Assembly (NCBI GenBank): GCA_010405405.1
Contig: MU004232.1
Location: forward strand, 515,481-579,480
Direction of reading: 5' to 3'
Length of the DNA stretch: 64,000 nucleotides
Origin: Microthyrium microscopicum
Taxonomy: Eukaryota
A program made the translations under genes and the position numbers. The notes under the pieces are model-generated. The model was not told the DNA's origin. It made no database searches and saw nothing but the letters and a program-made list of their open reading frames with translations. Below are positions 35,036 through 45,349 of the stretch, in pieces. Positions within the stretch are counted from its first letter, which is position 1; each line of letters opens with the position of its first letter.

Positions 35036-36277
35036 TCACAAACCCATCAAACTGTCCATTCCATCCTCTCCATCAGCGCCCCAAGAACTCGACCGCGATC
35101 TGTCAGTCGTATCATCCGAGTCCACTTCCCTAGCAAACGGCCCATCAGGCACATCCGTCAGCGCAATCAAATCCTCCTCATGACCCAGCAATCCCTCCAT
35201 CTCCTCCCCATCACCCAGCAATCCCTCAACTACCTCCCGATCCGTCATTTTGTGCGGAACAATCGGGCCCAGCTCATGGATCTCCTCCCGATTCAACTTC
35301 AGCGCACTCTTTCGAAAGTCAACATCATACTGCAACAAACTCATAAATCCATATGAATCATTATTTCGCAAATAATGTGCAATGGCTGCGAAAGGGACGT
35401 CGAGTGGCACCCGGAATGGCACTCCACTTGTCTTGCTGATTTCGCCCACTTCTCCGCCTTCTAAATCGTTTCCTCCGTTCAGATAGCTCGCTGTGCTCAG
35501 TATGCTCACTTCGTTTGCAGCGCTCGTCATCCCAAGATACGCCTGCTCCACCAGATTCTGCATCACACATTTCATCAGATAATGTTTCGATCCGAGGTGA
35601 GCATGCATATCTATGAACTGTTCTAGGGTCACAACCGTTTCCTCGATATGGCGTTTTAGGCGGGGCCAGATTTTTGCGACGGCGGTGGAGAGGTTGAGAT
35701 AGCGGAAGGTTATGTAGTAGTGGAAGAGGGTTGTCATGTCGGAGGCGTCGATCTGTAGACGCGTGGTGATGGGGGTGGTGGATCCACTTTGGGAGGATGT
35801 TTTGCAGATTTCCCAGAGCCAGAGGGCAATTACTTGGAAGGCGTGAAAGCTGACGCTTGGTGTGGAGAAGATGAGCTCGTGTGTGCTTTTTTTGAATTTC
35901 ACGTCTGCGCGGGACTTGATGACGGCGGTGGATAATTTTAGGCCGAAGGAGGTTTTGATGGTGGTGGATTTGGAGAGCATGACGGTCTTGATGATGGCGA
36001 TGGGATAGTCGGTGACCATTGTTTGTGTGTTTTTGGTTCTCTGGTGTTTGTTGTCGCCTATGGTTTGAAGGCAGATATTGACATAGTTGTGCTCGAGGAG
36101 CTGCGCGCGCTCATCATTGGAGAGACTGGCGAGAATTTCCGGTTCTTGGATTTCGATAGTGTCATTGGTTTCTAAGGGGTTGGTGTAGAGGTCGGCGGTT
36201 TGGCGCTGGATCGTTATGCAGTCTTCGCTGATTCTGTGGATGTAGCGACCCATAGACTGACCGAGGAAGGCAGCCAT
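35036..36277 (-). CDS. Cluster paralog 8, the most divergent (putative BTB-like), with acidic tail, 413 aa
   Basis: Long intact ORF. YVNICL, DYPIAIIKTV, LIFSTPSVSFHAFQVIALWLWEI and TLFHYYITFRYL align with the family blocks. D/E-rich C-terminus. Confidence 0.7.
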   Translation of the reverse strand: MAAFLGQSMGRYIHRISEDCITIQRQTADLYTNPLETNDTIEIQEPEILASLSNDERAQLLEHNYVNICLQTIGDNKHQRTKNTQTMVTDYPIAIIKTVMLSKSTTIKTSFGLKLSTAVIKSRADVKFKKSTHELIFSTPSVSFHAFQVIALWLWEICKTSSQSGSTTPITTRLQIDASDMTTLFHYYITFRYLNLSTAVAKIWPRLKRHIEETVVTLEQFIDMHAHLGSKHYLMKCVMQNLVEQAYLGMTSAANEVSILSTASYLNGGNDLEGGEVGEISKTSGVPFRVPLDVPFAAIAHYLRNNDSYGFMSLLQYDVDFRKSALKLNREEIHELGPIVPHKMTDREVVEGLLGDGEEMEGLLGHEEDLIALTDVPDGPFAREVDSDDTTDRSRSSSWGADGEDGMDSLMGL

Positions 36278-37326
36278 GATGGATGGAGATAGTTTTGTCG
36301 CTGAATGATGCGTAATTATAGGGTAGCCAGTGGAGGAATGGTAAGTCTGCTGCTGGGAATCTCGATTCCGGTTTTATATGTTGATGCTAAAGGCTGGTGG
36401 ATGAAGATTTGATATTCTCACTATTATGATTACTTATGGATGGAGGTTGGGAGAACACACGCTCAAGATTAGTTGATGAGAGAAATATGCGAGCTACGAA
36501 AGAGGAAGCTATGCTCTATCGTAGCTACTTCCACTGCAAGAAAGTACCATGATGGTTCAATTTTCAGTGTGAGTTGAGAGCCCCTACGAGCTGATAGCAC
36601 GAATGCTCAGGCGCTGTGAAATACTTCCAGCCGAGATATCAGATACTCTGAGATACTGCATTATATTCGATACTTTGATTTCGCATTTCAATTCTTTTAT
36701 TCAAATCTAGACGGGCATGAAGATTGATCTGGGTATGTTGGATTAGCTCACGCGCTCAAACTACCTTATCTCTCATCGCCCAGATATCTTTATGGAGCGA
36801 GAGTCATCAAAGGATAATGAACAAGACCAGAAATAGGCTCTCCGCTGGAAAGTGTAAAGATGAAGATGGTTGTTGAGAAGGGAAAAGAAGAGATGAAGTT
36901 GGAGCAAATTGCAGGGATGTCAAACTGAGCCACGCGATGTCCCAATTGAGAAATGACTCAACCTTCTTGATCCAATATCACGGTATCAAGGCGGACTACT
37001 GCAAGGGCTGCCTGCTCTAGTCTCCGGTCAAGATGCGGGTATTCACACAACAATTTGCTATCTCTGGGACCATCTGAGCACATGAGGTTGGAGCCTAGCT
37101 GACGCCCAAGATGATCAAGTTGCGGTGTACTTCTCAGGGCCACCTGCTGTTCCTACCCTCCTTCCCAGCATCTTGATCCTCATGAGACGCGGGGAATGTT
37201 AAGCCTACATCTCACATCTTCGGAAGTATAAGATCTCTTCCATCTCTCTCATCTTGACCCTCGTCACTACAAGCCCTAGGCCATACAGCTTTTCTGCTCT
37301 GCACTCCCACAGCCCAAGTCAGCACC

Positions 37327-39708
37327 ATGACTACTCATTCCATTCTCAACAGCAAGTTCCCTGTAAATCTTCCACGTTTCGACCAACTGCTACTGTCCGA
37401 TGTCGATTTCGTGGAATACCTCGATGGGCTGAATACCAAACTCCAGGCTACTCGAGCCACCGATAAAGTCTCTGCATCTCTCTCCACCACAACTCTTGTC
37501 GATGCACCAGATAATCCACAGAAATCAGCTTTTATCGATGCCCTCCATGCCTCAAATTATCGCATCCACTCGAAAGAGTCACTGGCCGAGGACAACAAAA
37601 TGCTGACCGAGAATGCCGATGTTACCAATATTTCCTCCCAGGATGCTTTGGTAGACTTGTTCTACAAGCTGAACGATGCAGACAATTGCAAGGAGATCTT
37701 GGAGAGTGCTTGGAAGGTTGATTCCATGGCCACCGTCAAAATCATCTTCAACGCCCGATCCATCCATCTGGGTAAATCGAATCGAAACGCAACATACAAG
37801 GCTCTTGGATGGCTCTACCAAGAACATCCTATGACGTTCTTGTCAAATTTGCCGTTTCTGGTTCGTCCTGTCATCTCAAAACCGAAAAAGGAGCGGAAGA
37901 AGGAAAATGGCGATGACGCGAAAAAGGAGGGTAGTAAGGTGAAGAAAGAAGATGATAAGATGGATCTTGACGAGGATGATGATTTCGAGCTCGTTGTTCC
38001 ACCTGAGGGCTCTGCCTTTGACACGATGGCCCATGATCGCAAAAATGGTTGGGCTCACGGCTACTGGAAAGACTTGCTCAATATCCTAGCTCTGGCTGCA
38101 GAGGATAAGCTTGATCCAAACGCGGATCCGGATGACGTGCTGAACATCCAGAGTGCATTCATTCGTAAGAAAGTGCACCGCTCCAAGCAGCTGGACAATA
38201 AGCAACGAGAAGCTATCAAGAACCGAGTCTGGGATCAGAAGGAGGCCAAGAAGCTTCGTGAGCAGAAACGAGACTCTCAGCATGCCAAGGTTGTCAAGAA
38301 GCTGGAGGAAGATCATACTTACCGCGCATTACACTTGATCATTGCCCGACTCTTTGGCGCCCAGCTACGCCGCGACATGGCACTCCTCAACTCGTCCAAG
38401 GATAGTAACAAGGTCTCCTTAGCTGCGAAATGGGCGCCAACGGTGAAGGAGTCCCACGACAAAATCACCTTCATCGCCTCATCCATTGCCGAGTATCTAT
38501 TCAAACCCGAAGAAGCCTGCCCTGACGTCCCCGCGACAGACCGAACGGTATACCTCCAGCATGCGCGCGCCGCTTACCAGTTCAAGGTGCTGTCGCCCCT
38601 TCGCAAACAGCTTGATGTAGTCGAGCGCCACATCACCGCCGGCACCTTCGCCGATATTCGTTATGATCACGTCCCTTCCCTGGCAATGGACCGGCACTCG
38701 AAGCTCTTCTTCGCCAAAGATGAAGAAAACTTCATGACCTACCTCGACAAAGTCAGCGATGGCAAAGCAACCATGTCCGGCGCCGTGCTCCTGCCCTCCA
38801 CCATCATCGCCAAACTCTTGCGCCCTGAGGCAACTCCACATATCAGCAAAGGCATCCCCAAGGCCGCGCCGATAAAAGCAGTTCAAAACAAAGTCCTCGA
38901 TGGCCAATGGAACTCCCTCGTCCAGCGCATCCGCGAGTCCGGCAAACTCGAGAGTTCAATTGCGGTGTGTGATGTATCCGGTTCAATGGGCTGGCCAACC
39001 GCGAAAGATGGAAGCACGCCAATGGATTCTGCAATCGGTCTCTCCCTCCTCCTCGCTGAAGTCTGTGAACCTCCTTTTGGTGGCAACATGATTACTTTTT
39101 CTGAACGTCCTGCCATTATCAAAGTTGGTGGGCTTAGCGATACGCGCACGGTGGAGGAGAAGGCCAGATTCATCCAACGTAGTCCATGGGGCATGAACAC
39201 AGACTTCACCGCCGTCTTTGAGAAGTTGATTCTTCCCTTGGCTATCGAGCATAAGCTGAAACAAGAGGATATGGTGAAGCAAGTTTTCGTCTTCTCTGAC
39301 ATGCAGTTCGACCAAGCTACTGCAGGTCAGGCTCGCTGGTCAGGCTCGTTCGAACGTATTCAAACGGCGTACAAGGAGGCGGGGTATGAGATGCCTACCC
39401 TCATCTTCTGGAATCTTGCTTCTGGCGACAAAGGTGTGCCGGTGACCTCCGAGGAGCCTGGTACAGCGCTGGTGTCTGGATATTCGCAGGCGCAGATGAA
39501 AGTGTTCCTTGATGGTGGTGGATTTGAAGATCCGGCTGAAGAGGAGGAGGAGGAGGATGTGGAGGTCATAGTGACAAAGGATGGGGAGGATGTCACTATG
39601 GAAACGGCTGCACGAGCTGTGAAGGAGAAGAAGAAGATTGATCCGATTTCTGTAGTGAGAAAGGCAATTTCGCATGAGGGATATGCTATGTTGCGTGTGG
39701 CTGATTGA
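37327..39708 (+). CDS. DUF2828-family protein (TROVE/Ro60-like helical region plus C-terminal vWA domain), 793 aa, intronless
   Basis: LTENADVTNISSQDALVDLF, HGYWKDLLNIL, SLAAKWAP, YDHVPSLAM, MIDAS-like VCDVSGSM, WGMNTDF, FVFSDMQFD, FWNL and LVSGYS are the motifs I recall as typical of this family. Confidence 0.85.
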   Translation: MTTHSILNSKFPVNLPRFDQLLLSDVDFVEYLDGLNTKLQATRATDKVSASLSTTTLVDAPDNPQKSAFIDALHASNYRIHSKESLAEDNKMLTENADVTNISSQDALVDLFYKLNDADNCKEILESAWKVDSMATVKIIFNARSIHLGKSNRNATYKALGWLYQEHPMTFLSNLPFLVRPVISKPKKERKKENGDDAKKEGSKVKKEDDKMDLDEDDDFELVVPPEGSAFDTMAHDRKNGWAHGYWKDLLNILALAAEDKLDPNADPDDVLNIQSAFIRKKVHRSKQLDNKQREAIKNRVWDQKEAKKLREQKRDSQHAKVVKKLEEDHTYRALHLIIARLFGAQLRRDMALLNSSKDSNKVSLAAKWAPTVKESHDKITFIASSIAEYLFKPEEACPDVPATDRTVYLQHARAAYQFKVLSPLRKQLDVVERHITAGTFADIRYDHVPSLAMDRHSKLFFAKDEENFMTYLDKVSDGKATMSGAVLLPSTIIAKLLRPEATPHISKGIPKAAPIKAVQNKVLDGQWNSLVQRIRESGKLESSIAVCDVSGSMGWPTAKDGSTPMDSAIGLSLLLAEVCEPPFGGNMITFSERPAIIKVGGLSDTRTVEEKARFIQRSPWGMNTDFTAVFEKLILPLAIEHKLKQEDMVKQVFVFSDMQFDQATAGQARWSGSFERIQTAYKEAGYEMPTLIFWNLASGDKGVPVTSEEPGTALVSGYSQAQMKVFLDGGGFEDPAEEEEEEDVEVIVTKDGEDVTMETAARAVKEKKKIDPISVVRKAISHEGYAMLRVAD

Positions 39709-42700
39709 TTGTTAGCGGGGTTGGGTCGAAAATGGGAAAGAAAGTCGCAAAGCTGTAGTAAATATGGGTTATCTAAGAGGGAGAAAATGGATGCACGTTT
39801 CCCACTATCTGTTCTGATCTTTTTCTTCATTGCCATGCTCTGATCGTCTCTTCAATCCAGCAGGTAGTATTCAGCCTTGCTAGTCACGTGATTCAGCCTT
39901 ATGGTAGTCAACCTCATCGCACATGATGATCGCAGAAAACATCGAATGTTATGGCAAGTAGAAGAGACTCTTTTGGGTTTTCAAAGATTCAATGACAAGA
40001 TTGTGATACAATTCCGTTCGGAAACATGCCTAACATATGACTAAGAAGTTCAATGGCCAAAAAGACGTATCCTTCTCTGACATCAAAAGTTGTAAAAAGT
40101 TATATTGCAGTCCCAATATTTGATAATTACCTTGCCACTATCACCGCACAGCAGAAAAGCTTAAGCAAATGGGATTTAATAGTTACTCTAAACAATAGGC
40201 TATAGTTAGATTTATCTTATTCAAACTGGACCGACCACTCAAGCATTGGGTGAATACCTTGTTGTTCTCCATTCCCACTGCAGAACATCAACAACAACAA
40301 CATAAGAAAGTCTCGCCAAAACACATCAATATTCAATCCAAAAAATTGCAAAAAGTTCACCACACATCTGAGCGAAGCTCTAAGATGTGTGGTTATGAAA
40401 ATCAGTCGACTGATTTTACAGATGCAAACGGGGCTCGAACCAGGGAGCTTGTCCTTGGTTGTCACAGCCACTTCTTCGTTAGACTTGAGCGGGAGTTGTC
40501 TCTTAATTACGCATCGGGTTAGTGCTATCTGACTCGTTCGAGATTAGACATCAGATATTAACCGTCAAGTGCCACCCTTATTGACCTAAATGTTAGTAGA
40601 TGTTGGAAAATTTACATCTTTTTGTATGTATACTGCAGATGCGTAACCATGAATTGGTATGGCTATTGGCCAGAGAAATAAGGAGACTTAGCAAAACTCA
40701 ATTTAATATTCATTTCGAACTATGAGTCTGGATATATTGTAATTATTTAGCTTGCTATTGGTTTGACATTCAGAGACCAATTATTTTCTACTTGTGGCTT
40801 GTTCTTGTTGCCCCTTGGAGTCCACAATAGACTGTGACAACTGCGGCGGCAGTCATGATAATCTGCAGTGGAAGGCGACAAGAAATCCTATCTCCTCGAT
40901 TCCGACCCGTGGGCCCCAAAAGTGAGGTACCTTTTGAAAGGCTAAGGTAAGTCTTCTTCCATCCCTGGGGGCCCTGTGTGATTGTCTGAAAGAGCAATCA
41001 TATCACCGGCAAATCTAGTTGGCTTCTTTTTGTTTAAAGTAATTTGTTTGACCTGATCTTGATTTTATTCTTTTCCTTTCTCCTGGATCTTCTCCCGCCA
41101 GCGACTACTAGCGATCCAAAAAGCACTCTACCTTGGAAGAATCCATGACGTTTGTGCCCAATTCTCACTTTCTCTGTACATCAGATGCTGTGAGATTCTT
41201 GTCATTGCCCAAAGCATTGTTGGAAATACGACCGCAGGTAGAAACGCCAAAGCCATCTTGGAGGCAGTGTCAAGAGAAATGTCTCTCATACCTCTGGTCT
41301 TCTTAGCCTTGCTGTAGTAAACCAACCTGTCTTACAAGAAACTCAGTCTCGGCAATAGCATTCATACATAATCCAGCATCTGGTACCACTCTTGTCTTGC
41401 GCTGGACGATTGACTGCAGCTGATCGATGAAGCGCAATACAAGCGTCGTCTTGAAGTAAGCACGCGAAAGCTGTACAGAGTTGTCGAGTTGAGAGATTGA
41501 GACATGATATACTCTAGCAATTGGCGATCTCGCCCTGAGAACTGCCTGTTAGACCTCTTTTACCACTGCTGTTTCTCAAAATATTGCGAAGACAGTATCT
41601 CACTGTCAACAGAGCAGTTTTGGGATGACTATGAGCATCACTATCCTCTTATCGACACTTGTTCTGCCTGAACTTGAAGACGTTACTTCCAATATATATA
41701 TTCTTCCAATCTTCTCCGAGTTCCCCGAGCACTACACTCGAACCAACCGACCTCCTTCACGATACTCGCCATGTGCCGCAGTGTCTCTGATGAGCTACAG
41801 CGGAACTCTCAGAGATCCCCAGCTACTTTCAAGCTCCATGGAGCAGACGTACTTGACTTGACCTTTTGCGCCTTCCCCGAAAGCTATAGGAGGTCTATAT
41901 CGCAAGATCTCGAAAGGTGCCGAAGCAGCAGCGTGCTCATTGCCGCAAGGCAAGCACATTAGACGCTATAGAATCACCGGCGGAATCGTTCTTGCGCATC
42001 CTGCCTGCTCCACAGTGAGCATCTTTCCAAAGCTTCCTGTTACCTACGAATCCGTCAGACACTTGACGGCGTACTAGCGCATCTTCCCCGCCATAAGTGG
42101 TCGCCATCGGACGAGACACCCGCTATTCAATCCAAGCAATCTTGAGGTGCTGTCTCCAGCCATCACCCTTTCGGTTACATTGAGCAAGAAGAAGCCTTGC
42201 CGTGAGGCGGTGCTTGTACCAACATCCACCTTGCTAGACGATAGTCAGAACCTCCTTCCATGAAGCATCACGTAACGGCGCTAATGCATTCACCAGTATC
42301 TGAGGTTGGCTAGGCGCTCGGTGACTTTGTTCGCGGTGTCCTCAATGCGGCTCAAACCTTCGGCAAGGGAGTGAACAACTTCACTTCTGCCACCTATATA
42401 CATCAATGCTGCGCTAGCATATCCATCTTTCACCATGGCACCGTCACTGAGGCCAAGAATCTTGCTGTTCTCAATGGTATAAGATCTCTCGACCCAACCC
42501 GCTTATCAGTTCTTCTTCCTCCCTTTCCCACCATTCGAAACCCCAATCTCAACCTTGTCAGCAAAATCCACAACTGTCATCAAGCGTCCAACAGCTCTTT
42601 TCCGGTCACATCCTGAACAATCTCTTCACTTCCTCTCTTTCGAGTCTCAAGACTTGTCTCTCCACCTCCTCTTCAAGCTAACAAACAACTTCGCATCCTC

Positions 42701-42726
42701 CAAGTCTATTACATCGACCATTCGAA

Positions 42727-43896
42727 ATGACTTCCGTCCTGCCCGTTGTCGTCAATATTGCACCTGCGATTCAATACATTCACGACCCGAAGTTCCGGGA
42801 GGAACTTTGCAAGTCCCACAAGATAGACGTGTTCATCACTCTGGACAAGAAGGGAGACGAGTCAGACCCGCCAATCCTCCTGAAGGCGAAGGTGCCAAAA
42901 GCAGTTCTCGAGTCCATCGCACCTCGCCTGGTCAAGGATTCGATGGGAATCCAAGACGAGAAGTTGATGATTCCAGCAGGACTTGTTCATGTCCACGCCA
43001 TGAACTTCCTGCTAATTTGGTTTGTGGAACTCGTTCAAGTTCGCGAAGGCGAAAACCACAAACTTACTAGCTTGCCCATTACCTACCGCTGCTTCGACCA
43101 AATGCTCGCCAACTGGCGAACATTCCGCTATTTGGGGTTCCGCAAATGGGTAGTCCAGCTTGAGGAGCTAATGCTCGAATATCTCCAAGCCGTCGGACTT
43201 AACCTGAATCAAATGCAGGAGTTCCTGCTACATGCGCCGCCTTACGATGCGATGACCAAAGCATTCTTAGGAAAGACTGCTAAATTGCTCATTGACCCAA
43301 ACAGCCCCAAGGCCACGGTTGATCAGGTTGTTGAATTCTTCAAGACTAAGCAACGCAAATATCTGCACCGTCTAAACGAACTGCAAGCTGAGCTCGGTGA
43401 TGAGGAGGCAATCGCCCGTCTACGACAAAAGGAAAAGCGTCGTGAAAAGCGTCAGTGGATCTTGGATCATCCAAATAATTTGTGGAATCTGCTCAACAAC
43501 GGCCCTCGTAACAACAATGGCCCTCGTAACAACAACGGCCCTCGTAACAACAACGGCCCTCGTAACAACAACGGCCCTCGTAACAACAACGGCCCTCGTA
43601 ACAACAACGGCCCTCGTAACAACAATGGCCCTCGTAACAACAACGGCCCTCGTAACAACAATGGCCCTCGTAACAGCAATGGTCCTCATAATCACAATGA
43701 CCCTCATAACAACAACGGCCCTCATAACAACAACGGCCCTCATATCAACAACGGCCCTCATAACAACAATGGCCATCATAACCACAATGGACCTCATAAC
43801 AACAATGGCCATCATAACCACAATGGACCTCACAACAACAACAACGGTCATCATAACAACAATGGCCGCGTCGCTATGGGAGTGACTGCATTGTAA
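42727..43896 (+). CDS. Cluster paralog 9 (putative BTB-like) with C-terminal Asn/Gly/His-rich hexapeptide repeat, 389 aa
   Basis: KIDVFITL, VPKAVLESIAPRL, LMIPAGLVHVHAMNFLLIWFVEL, NWRTFRYL and SPKATVDQVVEFF match the family. They are followed by NNGPR plus 9 NNNGPR units and 10 NNNGPH/GHH-type units. Confidence 0.82.
   Translation: MTSVLPVVVNIAPAIQYIHDPKFREELCKSHKIDVFITLDKKGDESDPPILLKAKVPKAVLESIAPRLVKDSMGIQDEKLMIPAGLVHVHAMNFLLIWFVELVQVREGENHKLTSLPITYRCFDQMLANWRTFRYLGFRKWVVQLEELMLEYLQAVGLNLNQMQEFLLHAPPYDAMTKAFLGKTAKLLIDPNSPKATVDQVVEFFKTKQRKYLHRLNELQAELGDEEAIARLRQKEKRREKRQWILDHPNNLWNLLNNGPRNNNGPRNNNGPRNNNGPRNNNGPRNNNGPRNNNGPRNNNGPRNNNGPRNNNGPRNSNGPHNHNDPHNNNGPHNNNGPHINNGPHNNNGHHNHNGPHNNNGHHNHNGPHNNNNGHHNNNGRVAMGVTAL
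43495..43869 (+). repeat. Coding 18-bp minisatellite, about 20-21 units
   Basis: Ten GGCCCTCGT cores at 18-bp spacing (43501-43671, unit AACAACAA(C/T)GGCCCTCGT), grading into AACAACAACGGCCCTCAT/GGCCATCAT units. Confidence 0.95.
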
Positions 43897-44699
43897 CTTG
43901 TGGGTTAGGCGGGTTTGCGGAAAGCCAAGGGGGTTATTGGTGATCTAAGTGTGAGGATCAACTAGGGCAACGCCACGGGGAAGGTGTGACGATGGCCTTT
44001 TCGTAAGGCTAGAAGGAGATACCTGTGTACCTAACTGTTCTGTCTGACTTGGTTGTTCTTGCTCCTCTTTTGGCGTTGCAGACATCTTGACCGCCTTCGG
44101 TATTCTTCGAAGGTTTCAACTAAGAAGGGAGAGTTGTTGATGGAACGGCCGGAAAATAGCACACTGTTTATGCAATGGGTCGGTAGCAGATAGAATTCAT
44201 GATCTGCTTTCGAAAGTTGTTCCTTCCAGCCTGTTATTTTTTGGGACGCCCGAAACGCAATAAGACTAACTGACTTGAGATGTCTATTGATACAAAGATC
44301 AATTTTCTTTATGTACGACAAGCTTTTGGTCAGCTTGCTCTAACAACTTCTATGAAGTCTGCATTTCCATCTCCAGCGAGCTTTGACAAAAGCTTTTAAG
44401 CCGTGTCTCGACAGATGTTTGAACTGATGATGCGGCAACTTATGTTTGCTTTGGCTCGCCGAAAGAACGATACCTCAAGAGAATGAATCTCAACATTGCT
44501 TCAAGCAAATGGGTATGAACAGAATGCATCAACCGCTTGGAGCAAAAGTTGCTCCCGTTTTGAGTGACGCGGTGAAAGCATTGCGATTTTTTGCCGATGA
44601 GGATTGTGAATAGCCTGCTGGATACCACGCCCCTTTGATACCTTGATATTTGCTTGTGTTGAAAACAATTTACACTCTTTGATTGTCGCAAAACATTCA

Positions 44700-45349
44700 A
44701 TCAATACAGCTAAAAGGGTTAAATGATTTGAAATGAGTAGGATGCTAGTTGACAAAACATTGATTGCCATGGACACAAAGATGCTTCAACTTAAGCCTGA
44801 AGATGACCGTCAGAGACTCTCGCATCCAAAGAACTTCATGCTTCATACCTAGGTAGGTAGTTGTGTATGAACTTCAGCCGCATCTTGTCTGCCAGCTACT
44901 ATATACTTCTATTGCCGCACTCTTATATGCTCATATCACAAAATGCAAGTCCAAGGCTCATTCCCGTACATCTAGCCGCCCTCGCCGAGTATGATGCTTC
45001 CATTTCTCTGTGGCGTCTTCGACATGCGTTTCTTCCTGCGGTATGCGAAGCCTGATCATCGTCTCACAGAAATCGTGCTCCAAACTGCGACCGAAGTCCT
45101 AACCGACCCAAGCACTCCCAAGGAACGAATTACCGAGATCAATATTATCTTCCAGAAAGAACAACTCAATACATCTATCGACTGGCCTGCCTGGAAGCTG
45201 AAACTGGAGATGAAGGTGCTATTGCACGCCTTCGTGGAATCGACAAGCGTCGGGAGAAGCGTGAGCGAATCCTTGACCATCCCAACAACCTGTATAATCT
45301 GCTCAAGTTGGGCGAAACTAAGCGAAAAGGAAAGGGACCTCGAAGTTAG
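44700..45349 (+). pseudogene. Cluster paralog 10, decayed tandem copy of paralog 9 without the repeat
   Basis: TAT-EVLTDPSTPKERITEINIIFQ, a frameshift near 45160, then QYIYRLACLEAETGDEGAIARLRGIDKRREKRERILDHPNNLYNLLKLGETKRKGKGPRS* (TAG 45347-49). The 5' boundary is approximate. Confidence 0.8.

Noticed and set aside
43495..43869. Regular repeat considered as a CRISPR array
   Set aside because: The units are directly adjacent with no unique spacers, lie in a coding frame, and the genome is eukaryotic.
43397..43885. Alternative-frame and antisense ORFs over the repeat (ALVTTT..., RAVVVT..., GPLLLR...)
   Set aside because: By-products of an 18-bp stop-free repeat. Only the NNNGPR frame continues a family-homologous ORF.
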